From an uncultured Planctomycetales bacterium (GTDB lineage Bacteria > Planctomycetota > MHYJ01 > JACPRB01): DNA of 64,000 nucleotides. Under the pieces are notes generated by a model. The model searched no databases, was not told the origin of the DNA, and saw only the letters and a list, made by a program, of their open reading frames with translations. Below are positions 18,843-28,493 of this stretch, one piece after another (within the stretch, counting starts at the first letter, position 1; every line of letters starts with the position of its first letter). A program made the position numbers and the translations under genes. The stretch spans positions 5,390-69,389 of the forward strand of contig CAYXVY010000337.1 of the NCBI GenBank assembly GCA_964468745.1. Direction: 5' to 3'.

Positions 18843-19808
18843 ATGAATCCGGTTTTGTGCGAGGTCTGGCGCGGAGGCGTCTTGGAGTCCGTCCATCGCG
18901 GGCGGTACGCGGTCGTGAAGGACAAGCGGGTGGTCGCGAAGGCCGGGGACGTGGATGCCGTCACGTTCATGCGCTCCAGCGCCAAGCCGTTCCAAGCGAT
19001 CGCGGTCCTCGAAAGCGGCGCGCGTGAAGAGTTCGGCCTCGAGGAGGACGAAATCGCGCTCATCTGCGGTTCGCACTATGGTGAGGATATTCACGTCAAG
19101 GCGGCGCACTCGATCCTGAAAAAGGCGGGGCTCAAGCCGTCGCACCTCCAGTGCGGCGTACACCCTCCCAGTTCCGTGTCTGCCCAGAAAGCACTCCAGC
19201 GCGCAGGCAAGGAGCCGACGGTCCTGCACAACAATTGCTCGGGGAAACACGCGGGCATGGTCGCCGCTGCGAAGGCGATGGGCGCACCTCTGGACACGTA
19301 TCTATCGCCGTCGCATCCGCTTCAGCGGGCTAATCTGAAGACTGTCTCGCGGTTCGCCGGCGTCTCCCCGGGCTCGATCAAGGTCGCGACCGACGGATGC
19401 AGCGCGCCGACCTTCGGCCTGCCGTTGACGGCGATCGCGCGCGCTTTCGCCAAGCTGGCAGACCCGTGGGGCGAGGACCACGAATTCGACGTGCCCAAGG
19501 CCATGATGTGGCATCCTGAAATGGTGGGACACCCGTGCGAGGAGTTGATGCGCGCGCTGCCGCTCGAGGTCGTCGGCAAGGTCGGCGCCGAGGGGGTCTA
19601 CGGCGTCGCCATCATGGGGCAGGGAATCGGACTGGCCGTCAAGGTCGACGACGGGAATTCGCGCGCATTGCCGGCCATCGTCGTCGCACTTCTGAAGAAG
19701 CTCGGATTGTTCGACTCCAAGAAGTGCGCGGCGCTGGACGCGATCGTGAAGAGCGATCTCAAGAATCACGCCGGCAAGGTCGTCGGCACGACTCGCGCGA
19801 CGGTCTAG
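18843..19808 (+). CDS. L-asparaginase II (Rhizobium AnsA-type)
   Basis: RSSAKPFQ, NNCSGKH, DGCSAP, GKVGAEGV motifs. Confidence 0.9.
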   Translation: MNPVLCEVWRGGVLESVHRGRYAVVKDKRVVAKAGDVDAVTFMRSSAKPFQAIAVLESGAREEFGLEEDEIALICGSHYGEDIHVKAAHSILKKAGLKPSHLQCGVHPPSSVSAQKALQRAGKEPTVLHNNCSGKHAGMVAAAKAMGAPLDTYLSPSHPLQRANLKTVSRFAGVSPGSIKVATDGCSAPTFGLPLTAIARAFAKLADPWGEDHEFDVPKAMMWHPEMVGHPCEELMRALPLEVVGKVGAEGVYGVAIMGQGIGLAVKVDDGNSRALPAIVVALLKKLGLFDSKKCAALDAIVKSDLKNHAGKVVGTTRATV

Positions 19809-20707
19809 CGTCGATCGAGCGCCCCGCGCAGGAGCCCGCCGTGCTTCGCGAGCTGCTCTTCCGCTTCCTTGCGCGAGCAGCCGCGCCGGAGCATGACCAC
19901 CGCGACTTTGGTCCTGCTCCCGGAATCCGTGAGCGCCCTGTCCGCCGTGCGATCATCGACGCCGGTCAGCGTTCGCAGGATTCGTCGCGCGCGCGCGCGC
20001 AGCTTCTCGGACTTCGGCTGGAGATCGACCATCAAGTTTTCGTAAACCTTTCCGAGCCGCACCATGCTCGCGACGGTGAGCATGTTGAGGACGAGCTTCG
20101 TCGCCGTGCCCGCCTTCAATCGTGTCGAGCCGGTGATCACCTCGGGACCCGGCGAGATGCCTATGACGACATCGGCGCAGCCGGGCGGGATGTGATCGCG
20201 ATTGCACGTTACCAGGATCGTGCCGGCTTTTCGGCGCCGCGCCTGCGCGAGCGCGGATTGAACGAACGGCGTGACGCCGCTGGCGGCGATCCCGACGACG
20301 ACGTCCCTTGATTTGACGGCGCGGGTCGCGCGCGCGCCCGCCTTACGATCGTCTTCGGCCCCCTCGATGCTCCCGAAGACAGCTTTCGCCCCGCCCGCAA
20401 TGACCGCGCTCACGAGGCCGGGCGGCGTGTCGAACGTCGGCGGGCATTCCGCCGCCTCGATGACGCCGAGCCTCCCGCTCGTGCCGGCGCCCACGAAGAG
20501 GACGCGACCGTCCTGTTTGAGACGATCGACCATGAGATCGACGGCCTCAACGATGGAGGAGGACTCCGCCGCGACGGCGTGCGGGACGAGCGCGTCCTCC
20601 TGCGCCAGGAGGGACACGATTCCGCGCGTGGGAAGCCGGTCGAGATCCCATGAGCGCACGTTGCGCTGCTCGGTGGCGAGGGTGTCGAACCGGCGCGAAG
20701 TCGCCAT
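19805..20707 (-). CDS. murQ: N-acetylmuramic acid 6-phosphate etherase
   Basis: TEQRN, GAGTSGRLGV, GPEVITGSTRLKAGTATK. Confidence 0.96.
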   Translation of the reverse strand: MATSRRFDTLATEQRNVRSWDLDRLPTRGIVSLLAQEDALVPHAVAAESSSIVEAVDLMVDRLKQDGRVLFVGAGTSGRLGVIEAAECPPTFDTPPGLVSAVIAGGAKAVFGSIEGAEDDRKAGARATRAVKSRDVVVGIAASGVTPFVQSALAQARRRKAGTILVTCNRDHIPPGCADVVIGISPGPEVITGSTRLKAGTATKLVLNMLTVASMVRLGKVYENLMVDLQPKSEKLRARARRILRTLTGVDDRTADRALTDSGSRTKVAVVMLRRGCSRKEAEEQLAKHGGLLRGALDRR

Positions 20708-20720
20708 TGCGCGATTGTAA

Positions 20721-21899
20721 CTATCTGAGACTTTGAACGCGCATCTTCGCGAGGCGCTCCCCGGCCGCGCGGAGCGTCTCGGGCTTCTTACAGAAGGCGA
20801 AGCGCACCTGGCCGTAACCGTCGCGCGGATTGCGATAGAACGAACTGCCGGGGACGGCGGCGACGCCGATCGACTCGCACATCCAGCGCGCGAACTCGGT
20901 GTCGGTCTTGTAGCCGAACGGCGCGATGTCGGTCATCACGTAATACGCCCCCTCGGGCGCGCCCCCCACCGGCGCAAGCCCCGCGTTGTCGAGGCACTTC
21001 ATGAACACCGCGCGGCGCTCGCCGTACTCTTTCGCGAGCGAACGATACGAGCGGTCGCCCTGCTCCAGGAGGCTCGCGGCCGCCTCCTGCAGCGGATGAG
21101 GCGCGCCGACCGTGAGAAAGTCGTGCACCTTTCGAATCGCGCCTGCGATTCGCGGCGGGGCGATTGCGAACCCGAGCCGCCAACCGGTGACGCAGAACGT
21201 CTTGGAGAGCGCGCTCACCGTCACGGTGCGTTCGGACATGCCGTCGAGCGTGGCGATCGATACGTGGCGCCCCTCGTAGACGATGTGCTCGTAGACCTCG
21301 TCGGTGATGGCGAGCACGTCGTGCTTGCGGCAGAGCGCGGCGATGCGCGAGAGTTCGTCGCGCGTGAACACCTTGCCGGTCGGATTGTTCGGCGTGTTGA
21401 CGATGATTGCGCGCGTTCGCTTGCCGAACGCACGTGCGAGTTCGCGATCGTCGAACGTCCAGTCGGGCGGGCGGAGGCGCACGAATCGCGGCTTCGCGCC
21501 GGAGAGGATCGCGTCGGGGCCGTAGTTTTCGTAGAACGGCTCGAAGATGATAACCTCGTCGCCTGGGTCGATCGTCGCGAGGAGGGACGCGATCATGGCC
21601 TCGGTCGCGCCGCATGTGACGGTCACCATCGTTTCGGGATCGACCGTCATGCGGTTGAACGCCGCGTACTTTTTCGCCAGGGCCGCGCGCAGACGCTTCG
21701 TCCCCCACGTGATCGCGTACTGGTTGACGTCGTTCTGGATGGCCACGCAGGCCGCGCGCTTCAGTTCCTCGGGGGCGGGAAAGTCGGGGAATCCCTGCGC
21801 GAGGTTGATGGCGCCGTGCTGGTTCGCGAGCCGCGTCATCTCGCGGATGACGCTCTCGGTGAACAGGGCGGCCTTCTTCGAGACGAAGCTTCGCGGCAC
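20721..21899 (-). CDS. PLP-dependent class I/II aminotransferase
   Basis: INLAQGFPDF, NTPNNPTG, DEVY, SKTFCVTGWRLG. Confidence 0.93.
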   Translation of the reverse strand: MPRSFVSKKAALFTESVIREMTRLANQHGAINLAQGFPDFPAPEELKRAACVAIQNDVNQYAITWGTKRLRAALAKKYAAFNRMTVDPETMVTVTCGATEAMIASLLATIDPGDEVIIFEPFYENYGPDAILSGAKPRFVRLRPPDWTFDDRELARAFGKRTRAIIVNTPNNPTGKVFTRDELSRIAALCRKHDVLAITDEVYEHIVYEGRHVSIATLDGMSERTVTVSALSKTFCVTGWRLGFAIAPPRIAGAIRKVHDFLTVGAPHPLQEAAASLLEQGDRSYRSLAKEYGERRAVFMKCLDNAGLAPVGGAPEGAYYVMTDIAPFGYKTDTEFARWMCESIGVAAVPGSSFYRNPRDGYGQVRFAFCKKPETLRAAGERLAKMRVQSLR

Positions 21900-22003
21900 A
21901 GCGGTAGCTTAGAACGCACCGGGGGCGCCGCGAAGAAAGAACCGCACGCGCCAGCGCCGCGGGGCGTCCAATACCGGAACGGGACCTGGCCGCGCGGCGC
22001 GGG

Positions 22004-22009
22004 TATAAT
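22004..22009 (+). promoter_or_regulatory. Candidate -10 box for the WXG100 operon
   Basis: Perfect TATAAT 26 nt upstream of ATG 22035, which has a GGGAGG RBS; no good -35 seen. Confidence 0.35.
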
Positions 22010-22034
22010 CGATTGTCCACGGGAGGGCGAACCC

Positions 22035-22307
22035 ATGCCGAAAGCCATCGTCGACCCCGGCGAGCTGCGCCAGTTCACCGCCGAGCTCAAACGATTCAAC
22101 AACGATCTCAAGGAGCGGGCGTCCGGAATCCACCAGCGATTCATGAAGCTGGGGGAGACGTGGCAGGACCAGGAGCACGCGAAGTTCGCCGAAGTGTTCG
22201 AGCACATGGTCCGGGCGCTCACGCAGTTTGCAGACGCCGCGGACAAGCACATCCCGTTCCTGCTGCGCAAGGCGGAGAAGATCCAGGAGTACCTCGACCA
22301 GAGGTGA
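22035..22307 (+). CDS. WXG100/ESAT-6-like protein (90 aa)
   Basis: MPKAIVDPGELRQF..ETWQDQEHAKF..IQEYLDQR: helix-turn-helix with a central W-x-D; RBS GGGAGG. Hidden at the 3' end of track ORF 20733..22307. Confidence 0.88.
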   Translation: MPKAIVDPGELRQFTAELKRFNNDLKERASGIHQRFMKLGETWQDQEHAKFAEVFEHMVRALTQFADAADKHIPFLLRKAEKIQEYLDQR

Positions 22308-22313
22308 TCGCCC

Positions 22314-22814
22314 ATGTCAGGCAAGCCCGCGCGGATCGATTCCCCCGAAGTCATCAAGGAACTTCGCGTGCAGTTCGCGAAGTTCGACGAGGCCTGCCGG
22401 CAGGCGCTCTCCGGGTGCGATTCGGAAGTCAAGGCGACCGACTCGTGGCTGCGCAGCGACCAGCGGATCTTCCTGAAGATGCAGGTGCGCAAGTGCGACG
22501 AGGCGGTGAATGTGGCGCAGTCCGAATACAACGCGGCGCGCTGGGGGGCGGCGGATTTGAGCCGCTCCACCGGGATGGAGGAGAAGCGCGCGCTCGATCG
22601 GGCGAAGCGCCGCAAGGAGGAGGCGGATGGCCGCGTCGCCGCCCTCGAACGGTGGAGCGTGCGGCTGGAGGACTCCGTCGACAAGCTGAGGAAGCCCTGC
22701 ATCGTCCTGTCGAATCTGCTTAATCACAACACGCCGAGGGCGATGGCAAGCATCGACCGGATGCTCGACAGTCTCGAGGAGTACTTCAGGCCTTCGCCTC
22801 CGGAGGGCGCATGA
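22314..22814 (+). CDS. Extended WXG100-like helical protein (166 aa)
   Basis: All-helical, central W, coiled coil; directly follows the WXG100 gene. Confidence 0.75.
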   Translation: MSGKPARIDSPEVIKELRVQFAKFDEACRQALSGCDSEVKATDSWLRSDQRIFLKMQVRKCDEAVNVAQSEYNAARWGAADLSRSTGMEEKRALDRAKRRKEEADGRVAALERWSVRLEDSVDKLRKPCIVLSNLLNHNTPRAMASIDRMLDSLEEYFRPSPPEGA

Positions 22815-23032
22815 GCAGTCATACCGCCGGAGGGTACGGTCCGGCGCTGGCCGGCGCGCTCAAGGACCTCAATGCGTACTGGGAGCGCACGGCGTTCGCA
22901 TGGAACGACGCGGCGCGCGATAAGTTCGAAAAGGAGCACCTGCGGGATTTTGCGGAAGCCATCCGCTCGGCGGCCAACGCGCTCGATCAGATCGAGGCGC
23001 TCGTGCGGCAGGTGCGGAAGGAGTGCGGCTAG
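22811..23032 (+). CDS. Short WXG100-like protein (73 aa)
   Basis: W..T...WND.AR..FE motif; 4-nt overlap (ATGA) with the previous gene. Confidence 0.75.
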   Translation: MSSHTAGGYGPALAGALKDLNAYWERTAFAWNDAARDKFEKEHLRDFAEAIRSAANALDQIEALVRQVRKECG

Positions 23033-23039
23033 ACCTGCG

Positions 23040-26000
23040 ATGACCATCCACAACGTTGACGTTCTGCGCGCGCGCGTCGGCGGGCTCCAGTCGCAGCTGC
23101 AGGAGGTCCTTGCAGCGCGCGATTCCGAAAAGAACGCGTCGGCCGGCGTGCGGACGGAGGCCGAGGAGGTGCTCAACGAGGCGATCCTGAAGGCGAAGGC
23201 CGAATTCGACGAAGCCTGCGGGCGGCTCGAGGAACAGGCTTCGCGTCAGCGGGCGGAGATCGAGGCGCAGCATGCGCAGAATCTCGAGCGCGTCGAACGC
23301 GCGTTCGGTCGCACTGCCGCGCAGGCCGAGGAGAGTGCGACGCAGGAGCGCACCAGGATCGATGACGAGAGGCGTCGGGTGCGCGCGGATGCCCTGGGCT
23401 GGCCCGCCAGCGCGCGCGAGCTTTCAGACGCCCTCGAGGAGGTTGCCGGGCTCCTCGAGCGCGCCCGCAGCCTGCGCGAGGAGATCGCGGTCTTCGCGGC
23501 GACGGTGCGAATCCGGGTCCACGATTCGTCCGATGCGCGGCTTCCCGAGGGCATGCGTCCGGCGCGGATCTGCGGGACGGCGCGGACACGCCTCGACGAG
23601 ACGGAGAAGCTCTTCGCGGAACGGCGGCGCGAGTCGTGGGTGTCGCTCGTCCGGTCGAGCCGGCTCGTCACGCTCGGGTGCATCGTTCTGATGCTGCACG
23701 CGGGGATCTACTTCGCCCTGCAGAAGTTCAAGGCCGATCAGATGCAGACGATCCAGTTGATCGTCCCCATCAGCTGCTTCGGCTTCCTGCTGGTGACCGT
23801 CCTTTTCGTGCACACCATGAAGCAGCGGGCGTGGGGTGCGATCGAGCCCCTGTATAAGGACGTCGCGGAGGTGGAAGCGCTCCTTCGGCACCGCCAATCG
23901 TGGTTGAAGGACGAGGACCAGCGGAAGCGCGGGGAGCTCGAGTGGGGGAAGCAGCGCGCGCTGACTGAAGCCGAAGAGAGGCTGTCCGCGCGCGATCGCG
24001 ACGTGAGGCGCACGAGCGCGACGACCGTGGAAGCCATCGACACGCAGAAGGCCGAGGCGGTGGAACGCAGCGTCCACCATCGCGATCGCCAGTTCGCCCA
24101 GCATGCGAAGGACCAGGAGCTGGCGGTGGCCGCCACGCGCGAGCAGCACGAACGCGCCCTCGGGGAAGCGCGGGGGGCTCATGCGAACAGGCTCAAGCAG
24201 ATCGACGAGAAGGTGCTGCAGGCGACGGACGAACTGGCGCGGCGGTGGACGCAGGTGATTGAGGAATTCCAGCGCGCGTCGTCGAAGGATTGCGGGGAGA
24301 GCCGGGCCGCGCACGCGCCGTGGAGCGACCCGCGCTGGCGCGATCTGAAGATGGGCGGCTCGTTTCCGGAGGGCGTCCGTCTCGGAGAAGTGAGGTTCGA
24401 CGTCAATACGCTCGCCCCCCCGCCGGGCGACGACCCCCGCTTCGCGTGCCCGGGAGACGGCGCCGTGTCGCTGCCGCTCGATGTGGCCTTCCCCGGACTC
24501 GGAAGCCTCGTGCTCAATGCGGACGGCGCAACGCGCGACCGCGCGCTGGGCGCCCTATTCAACACGGTCCTGCGGATCCTCTGCTCCTTCCCGCCGGGCA
24601 AGGCGAAGTTCACGCTCTTCGATCCGGTGGGGCTTGGGCAGAGCTTCTCGGCGCTCATGCATCTGGCGGATCACGATGAGACGCTCGTGGGCGGGCGTAT
24701 CTGGACGGAGCCGGCGCACATCGAAAAGCGGCTCGCCGAACTGACGGAGCACATCGAGAAGGTCATCCAGAAGTACCTGCGCAACAAGTATCTCACGATC
24801 GACGAGTACAACCGCGAAGTCGGGCCGATGGCCGAGGCGTACCGCTTCCTCGTCATCGCGGACTTCCCGTCGGGATTCAGCGAACTGGCCCTGGAGAGGC
24901 TCGCAAGCATCGCGCGCAGCGGCGCGCGTTGCGGCGTGATATTGCTGATCCTGCGCGACAGGCGGCAAAAGCTGCCGGCGGCGGCGGACCGTGCGACGCT
25001 GGAAACCGGTAGCCTCCCGATCGACGCGATTGAGGGCGGATTCCTCGCCGGAGACAAGACGGTCCGGCAGGGAACCCTGACCGTCGAGGCTCCGCCTCCG
25101 CCCGAGGCGCTGAATGCGCTGCTTCGCGCCGTCGGCAAGCAGAGCGCCGATGCACGGCGCGTAGAGATTCCGTTCGAGATCATCGCGCCGAAGCAGGACG
25201 CGGCGTGGAGCCTCAGCACCGAGTCAGGGATCCGCATCCCGCTCGGTCGTGCCGGGGCGGACCGCCTGCAGCACCTCGATCTCGGCCGCGGCACCGCGCA
25301 ACACGCGCTTATCGCGGGCAAGACGGGGTCGGGCAAGTCGACGCTCTTCCACGTCGCGATCACGAACGCGGCGCTCTGGTACGCGCCGCACGAGCTGGAA
25401 CTGTATCTGATCGACTTCAAGAAGGGCGTCGAGTTCAAGACCTACGCGGTGAACGCGCTGCCGCACGCGCGGGTGATCGCGATCGAGAGCGATCGGGAGT
25501 TCGGCGTCAGCGTGCTGCGGCGCGTCTACAACGAGCTCGGCCTGCGCGCGGAGCGATTCCGCGCGAGGGAAGTGCAGGAATTCGCGGGATACCGTCTCGC
25601 ATGCCCGACGGAGCTGCTGCCGCGGACGCTCCTGATGATCGACGAATTCCAGGAGTTCTTCACGGAGGAGGACGCGATCGCGCAGGAGGCGGCGCTGCTG
25701 CTCGACCGGATCGTCCGCCAGGGCCGTGCGTTCGGTGTACACGTCGTGCTCGGGTCGCAGACGCTCGGCGGCTCGTACACGCTCGCCAAGAGCACGCTCG
25801 GACAGATGGCGGTCCGCATTGCGCTCCCCTGCAGCGAGGCGGACTCGTATCTCATCCTGAGCGACGACAACGCGGCGGCGCGGCTGCTCTCTCGGCCCGG
25901 CGAGGCGATCTACAACGACAAGGCGGGTACCATCGAGGGGAACGACCCGTTCCAGATCGCGTGGCTCCCTGACTCCGTGCGCGACGCGAAGCTCGACTGG

Positions 26001-26954
26001 GTGCGGGAGCGCGCCGCGCGGGACGGCGTGCGCGGACTGGAGCCGGTGACCGTGTTCGAGGGTAACGTCCCCGCGGATATCCGCAAGAATCCGTTGCTGA
26101 AGGAGCGCCTGGAGAAGCGCGGCGCGATCGCGGGCGAGCCGTGCGCCTGGATCGGCGAGGCGAACGCAATCAAGGGGCCGACGGAGGTGCGCTTCAAGAA
26201 TCAGCGGGGCGGCAACCTGCTGATCGTAGGTCAGCAGCGGGAGTCGGCCTTGTCGGTCGCGTGCTCGTCGATCGTGAGCCTCGCGGCCGCGCACGCCCCG
26301 TCGGCGGCGCGGTTCATCGTGCTCGACGGCAGCCCTCCCGAGCTCGGGCACGGGCAGCACTTCGCGGAGCTGGCGCAGTCGGTTCCGCACGGCGTGGAGG
26401 TGGTCGATTACGCGAACATCCCGCAGCTGATGGAGGAGCTCGACGCCGAAGTGACGGGTCGGCTCGACGGCACGAAGCCGACGGACCGGCGCATTTTTCT
26501 GTTCATCCACGACATCCAGCGATTCCGGAAACTGCGGCAGGGGGACGAGCTGGATTTCTCCTCGAGCGAGGAGAAGAAGCGAACGCCCGATAAGTGCTTC
26601 GCGAACGTGCTGGGCGAGGGGCCGGCGCTGCGCGTGCACACGATCGTGTGGTGCGACTCCCTGAGCAACCTACAGCGCATGTTGACGCGCAAGCTTACGA
26701 AGGAATTCGACATTCGCGTGCTGTTCCAGATGAGCGCGACGGATTCGTCCGAGCTGATCGACTCGCCGCAGGCGGGCAAGCTCGGGCTGTACCGCGGCCT
26801 GCTCTTCGTGGAGGAAGCGGGGACGGTCGAGAAATTCCGTCCGTACGCGATGCCGGATGCGGAGACGGTACGCGGGTTCGGGCAGGCGATGCGGGGCGGT
26901 GACGCGGCGAGTCCTCCCCGCATACCTCCGTCGGGCGAAGTCGTGAAGGGATAA
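23040..26954 (+). CDS. FtsK/SpoIIIE-family membrane ATPase, EssC/EccC-like (about 1304 aa)
   Basis: N-terminal coiled coil, 2 TMs, three tandem RecA-like domains. Intact Walker A GKTGSGKS (25317-25340) and Walker B LMIDEFQE in the middle domain; the other two look degenerate. Confidence 0.9.
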   Translation: MTIHNVDVLRARVGGLQSQLQEVLAARDSEKNASAGVRTEAEEVLNEAILKAKAEFDEACGRLEEQASRQRAEIEAQHAQNLERVERAFGRTAAQAEESATQERTRIDDERRRVRADALGWPASARELSDALEEVAGLLERARSLREEIAVFAATVRIRVHDSSDARLPEGMRPARICGTARTRLDETEKLFAERRRESWVSLVRSSRLVTLGCIVLMLHAGIYFALQKFKADQMQTIQLIVPISCFGFLLVTVLFVHTMKQRAWGAIEPLYKDVAEVEALLRHRQSWLKDEDQRKRGELEWGKQRALTEAEERLSARDRDVRRTSATTVEAIDTQKAEAVERSVHHRDRQFAQHAKDQELAVAATREQHERALGEARGAHANRLKQIDEKVLQATDELARRWTQVIEEFQRASSKDCGESRAAHAPWSDPRWRDLKMGGSFPEGVRLGEVRFDVNTLAPPPGDDPRFACPGDGAVSLPLDVAFPGLGSLVLNADGATRDRALGALFNTVLRILCSFPPGKAKFTLFDPVGLGQSFSALMHLADHDETLVGGRIWTEPAHIEKRLAELTEHIEKVIQKYLRNKYLTIDEYNREVGPMAEAYRFLVIADFPSGFSELALERLASIARSGARCGVILLILRDRRQKLPAAADRATLETGSLPIDAIEGGFLAGDKTVRQGTLTVEAPPPPEALNALLRAVGKQSADARRVEIPFEIIAPKQDAAWSLSTESGIRIPLGRAGADRLQHLDLGRGTAQHALIAGKTGSGKSTLFHVAITNAALWYAPHELELYLIDFKKGVEFKTYAVNALPHARVIAIESDREFGVSVLRRVYNELGLRAERFRAREVQEFAGYRLACPTELLPRTLLMIDEFQEFFTEEDAIAQEAALLLDRIVRQGRAFGVHVVLGSQTLGGSYTLAKSTLGQMAVRIALPCSEADSYLILSDDNAAARLLSRPGEAIYNDKAGTIEGNDPFQIAWLPDSVRDAKLDWVRERAARDGVRGLEPVTVFEGNVPADIRKNPLLKERLEKRGAIAGEPCAWIGEANAIKGPTEVRFKNQRGGNLLIVGQQRESALSVACSSIVSLAAAHAPSAARFIVLDGSPPELGHGQHFAELAQSVPHGVEVVDYANIPQLMEELDAEVTGRLDGTKPTDRRIFLFIHDIQRFRKLRQGDELDFSSSEEKKRTPDKCFANVLGEGPALRVHTIVWCDSLSNLQRMLTRKLTKEFDIRVLFQMSATDSSELIDSPQAGKLGLYRGLLFVEEAGTVEKFRPYAMPDAETVRGFGQAMRGGDAASPPRIPPSGEVVKG

Positions 26955-26962
26955 CGAGCGTC

Positions 26963-27011
26963 ATGAGTGTTGAGTGACGAGTTCTGAGTACGGACGCGCG
27001 ACTCAAGACTC
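26963..27011. repeat. Heptamer stutter repeat/hairpin between convergent genes
   Basis: tgagtgt-tgagtga-cgagttc-tgagtac followed by the inverted actcaagactc; same ACTCA family as 301-372. Confidence 0.5.
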
Positions 27012-27052
27012 TTCGCCCGCATTCCGTCCGTGTTGCATGACGCGAGCGCCGG

Positions 27053-28411
27053 CTATCCCTGCGACTTCGGGACCGTGAGCGGTTCGAAGCGCGCGTAGTC
27101 GGCGATGAAGGCGAGCTGGAATTCCCCCGTCGGCCCCGTGCGGTTCTTGGCGACAAGGACGTCGGCGATCCCTTTGCGCGTCGAGTTGGGGTCGGCCATG
27201 TCTTCGCGGAAGAGGAGCATGACGACGTCGGCGTCCTGTTCCAGCGAACCCGACTCGCGCAGGTCCGAGAGGCGCGGCTTGCGGTCGTCGCGCCCTTCTG
27301 GATTGCGGTTGAGCTGCGCGAGGACGAGCACCGGCACCTCAAGATCCTTCGAAAGCGACTTGAGTTGGTTCGAAACCATGGCGACCTCACGCTCGCGGCT
27401 GTCCGCCTTCGCGTGGACGAACTGCAGGTAGTCCACGACGATGAGCTGGATGTCGTGCTCGGCCTTCATGCGGCGCGCCCGTGCGCGCAGCTCCAGGATG
27501 CCGAGGTTCGAGCTGTCATCGATGAACAGCGGCGCTTCCGCCATGCGCCCGGCCGTGATGACGAGCCGCTGGTACTGGTCTTCCGGCACCATGCCGCGGC
27601 GCAGGTTGTGCGAGTTCACGCGTGCGCGCGAGCAGAGCATCTGCTGCGCGAGCATCTCGGCGGACATTTCGAGGCTGAAGAAGAGGACGGGCTTGTTCTG
27701 GTCCACCGCGATGCGTTCGGCGATCCCCATCGCGAGCGACGATTTTCCGACCGATGGGCGCGCGGCAATGATGTAGAGCTGGCTCTTCTGCAAGCCGCTC
27801 GTGATCTCGTCGAGCTCGTAGAATCCAGTCGGCACGCCGAGGCAGCGGTCCTTCCGGTCGCGAAACTCGCCGATTTTTCCGATGAGGTCCTTGAGGATGT
27901 CGTTGATGCCCTGGATCTTTCCGGCGCCGCGCTTTGAAACCGCTTCGAAGATGAGCTGCTGAGCCTTGTCGAGGATCGAGTCGGGGTCTTCGCGAACCTG
28001 CGTGACCTCGCGGCGGATGATGCTGCACGCGTTGAGAAGCTGGCGCAGCACCGCCTTGTCGCGCACGATCTGCGCATACGCCGCCGCGTTCGTCGACACG
28101 GGGAACTGCTCGACGAGCGACATCAGGTATTCCGCGCCGCCAACCTCGTCGAGTTTGCCGAGACGCAGGAGTTCGTCCTTTACGATGACGGCGTCGACCT
28201 GTCGCTTGCCGACGAAGAGGTGCTGGATGACGTCGAAGATGACCTGGTGGCGCCCGTCGTAGAACTCCTGCGGCTGGACATTCTCCATGACCTCGCCGAT
28301 GATCCCGGAGTCGTAGATCATCGCGCCGAGGACGGCCATCTCCGCCTCGTCGCTGTGGGGCGGGACATGATCCGACAGGATGTCGGCCACCGGGACCGGA
28401 TTGGCGGGCAT
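27053..28411 (-). CDS. dnaB: Replicative DNA helicase
   Basis: PPHS.EAE.AVLG, AARPSVGKS, IVVDYLQ, LRESGSLEQDAD; no intein. Confidence 0.98.
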   Translation of the reverse strand: MPANPVPVADILSDHVPPHSDEAEMAVLGAMIYDSGIIGEVMENVQPQEFYDGRHQVIFDVIQHLFVGKRQVDAVIVKDELLRLGKLDEVGGAEYLMSLVEQFPVSTNAAAYAQIVRDKAVLRQLLNACSIIRREVTQVREDPDSILDKAQQLIFEAVSKRGAGKIQGINDILKDLIGKIGEFRDRKDRCLGVPTGFYELDEITSGLQKSQLYIIAARPSVGKSSLAMGIAERIAVDQNKPVLFFSLEMSAEMLAQQMLCSRARVNSHNLRRGMVPEDQYQRLVITAGRMAEAPLFIDDSSNLGILELRARARRMKAEHDIQLIVVDYLQFVHAKADSREREVAMVSNQLKSLSKDLEVPVLVLAQLNRNPEGRDDRKPRLSDLRESGSLEQDADVVMLLFREDMADPNSTRKGIADVLVAKNRTGPTGEFQLAFIADYARFEPLTVPKSQG

Positions 28412-28493
28412 AACCCCTCTCTTCCCCGGATCCCGATCCCAGTCTCGATCCCGATCTAAGGACGGGGAGGGGATCCGTGCTGCTCGACTACGA

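Noticed and set aside
20733-22034. N-terminal 434 aa of ORF 20733..22307
   Set aside because: Antisense shadow of the aminotransferase; only 22035..22307 has an RBS and WXG character.
27053-28411. Intein in DnaB
   Set aside because: Normal length (452 aa), colinear motifs.
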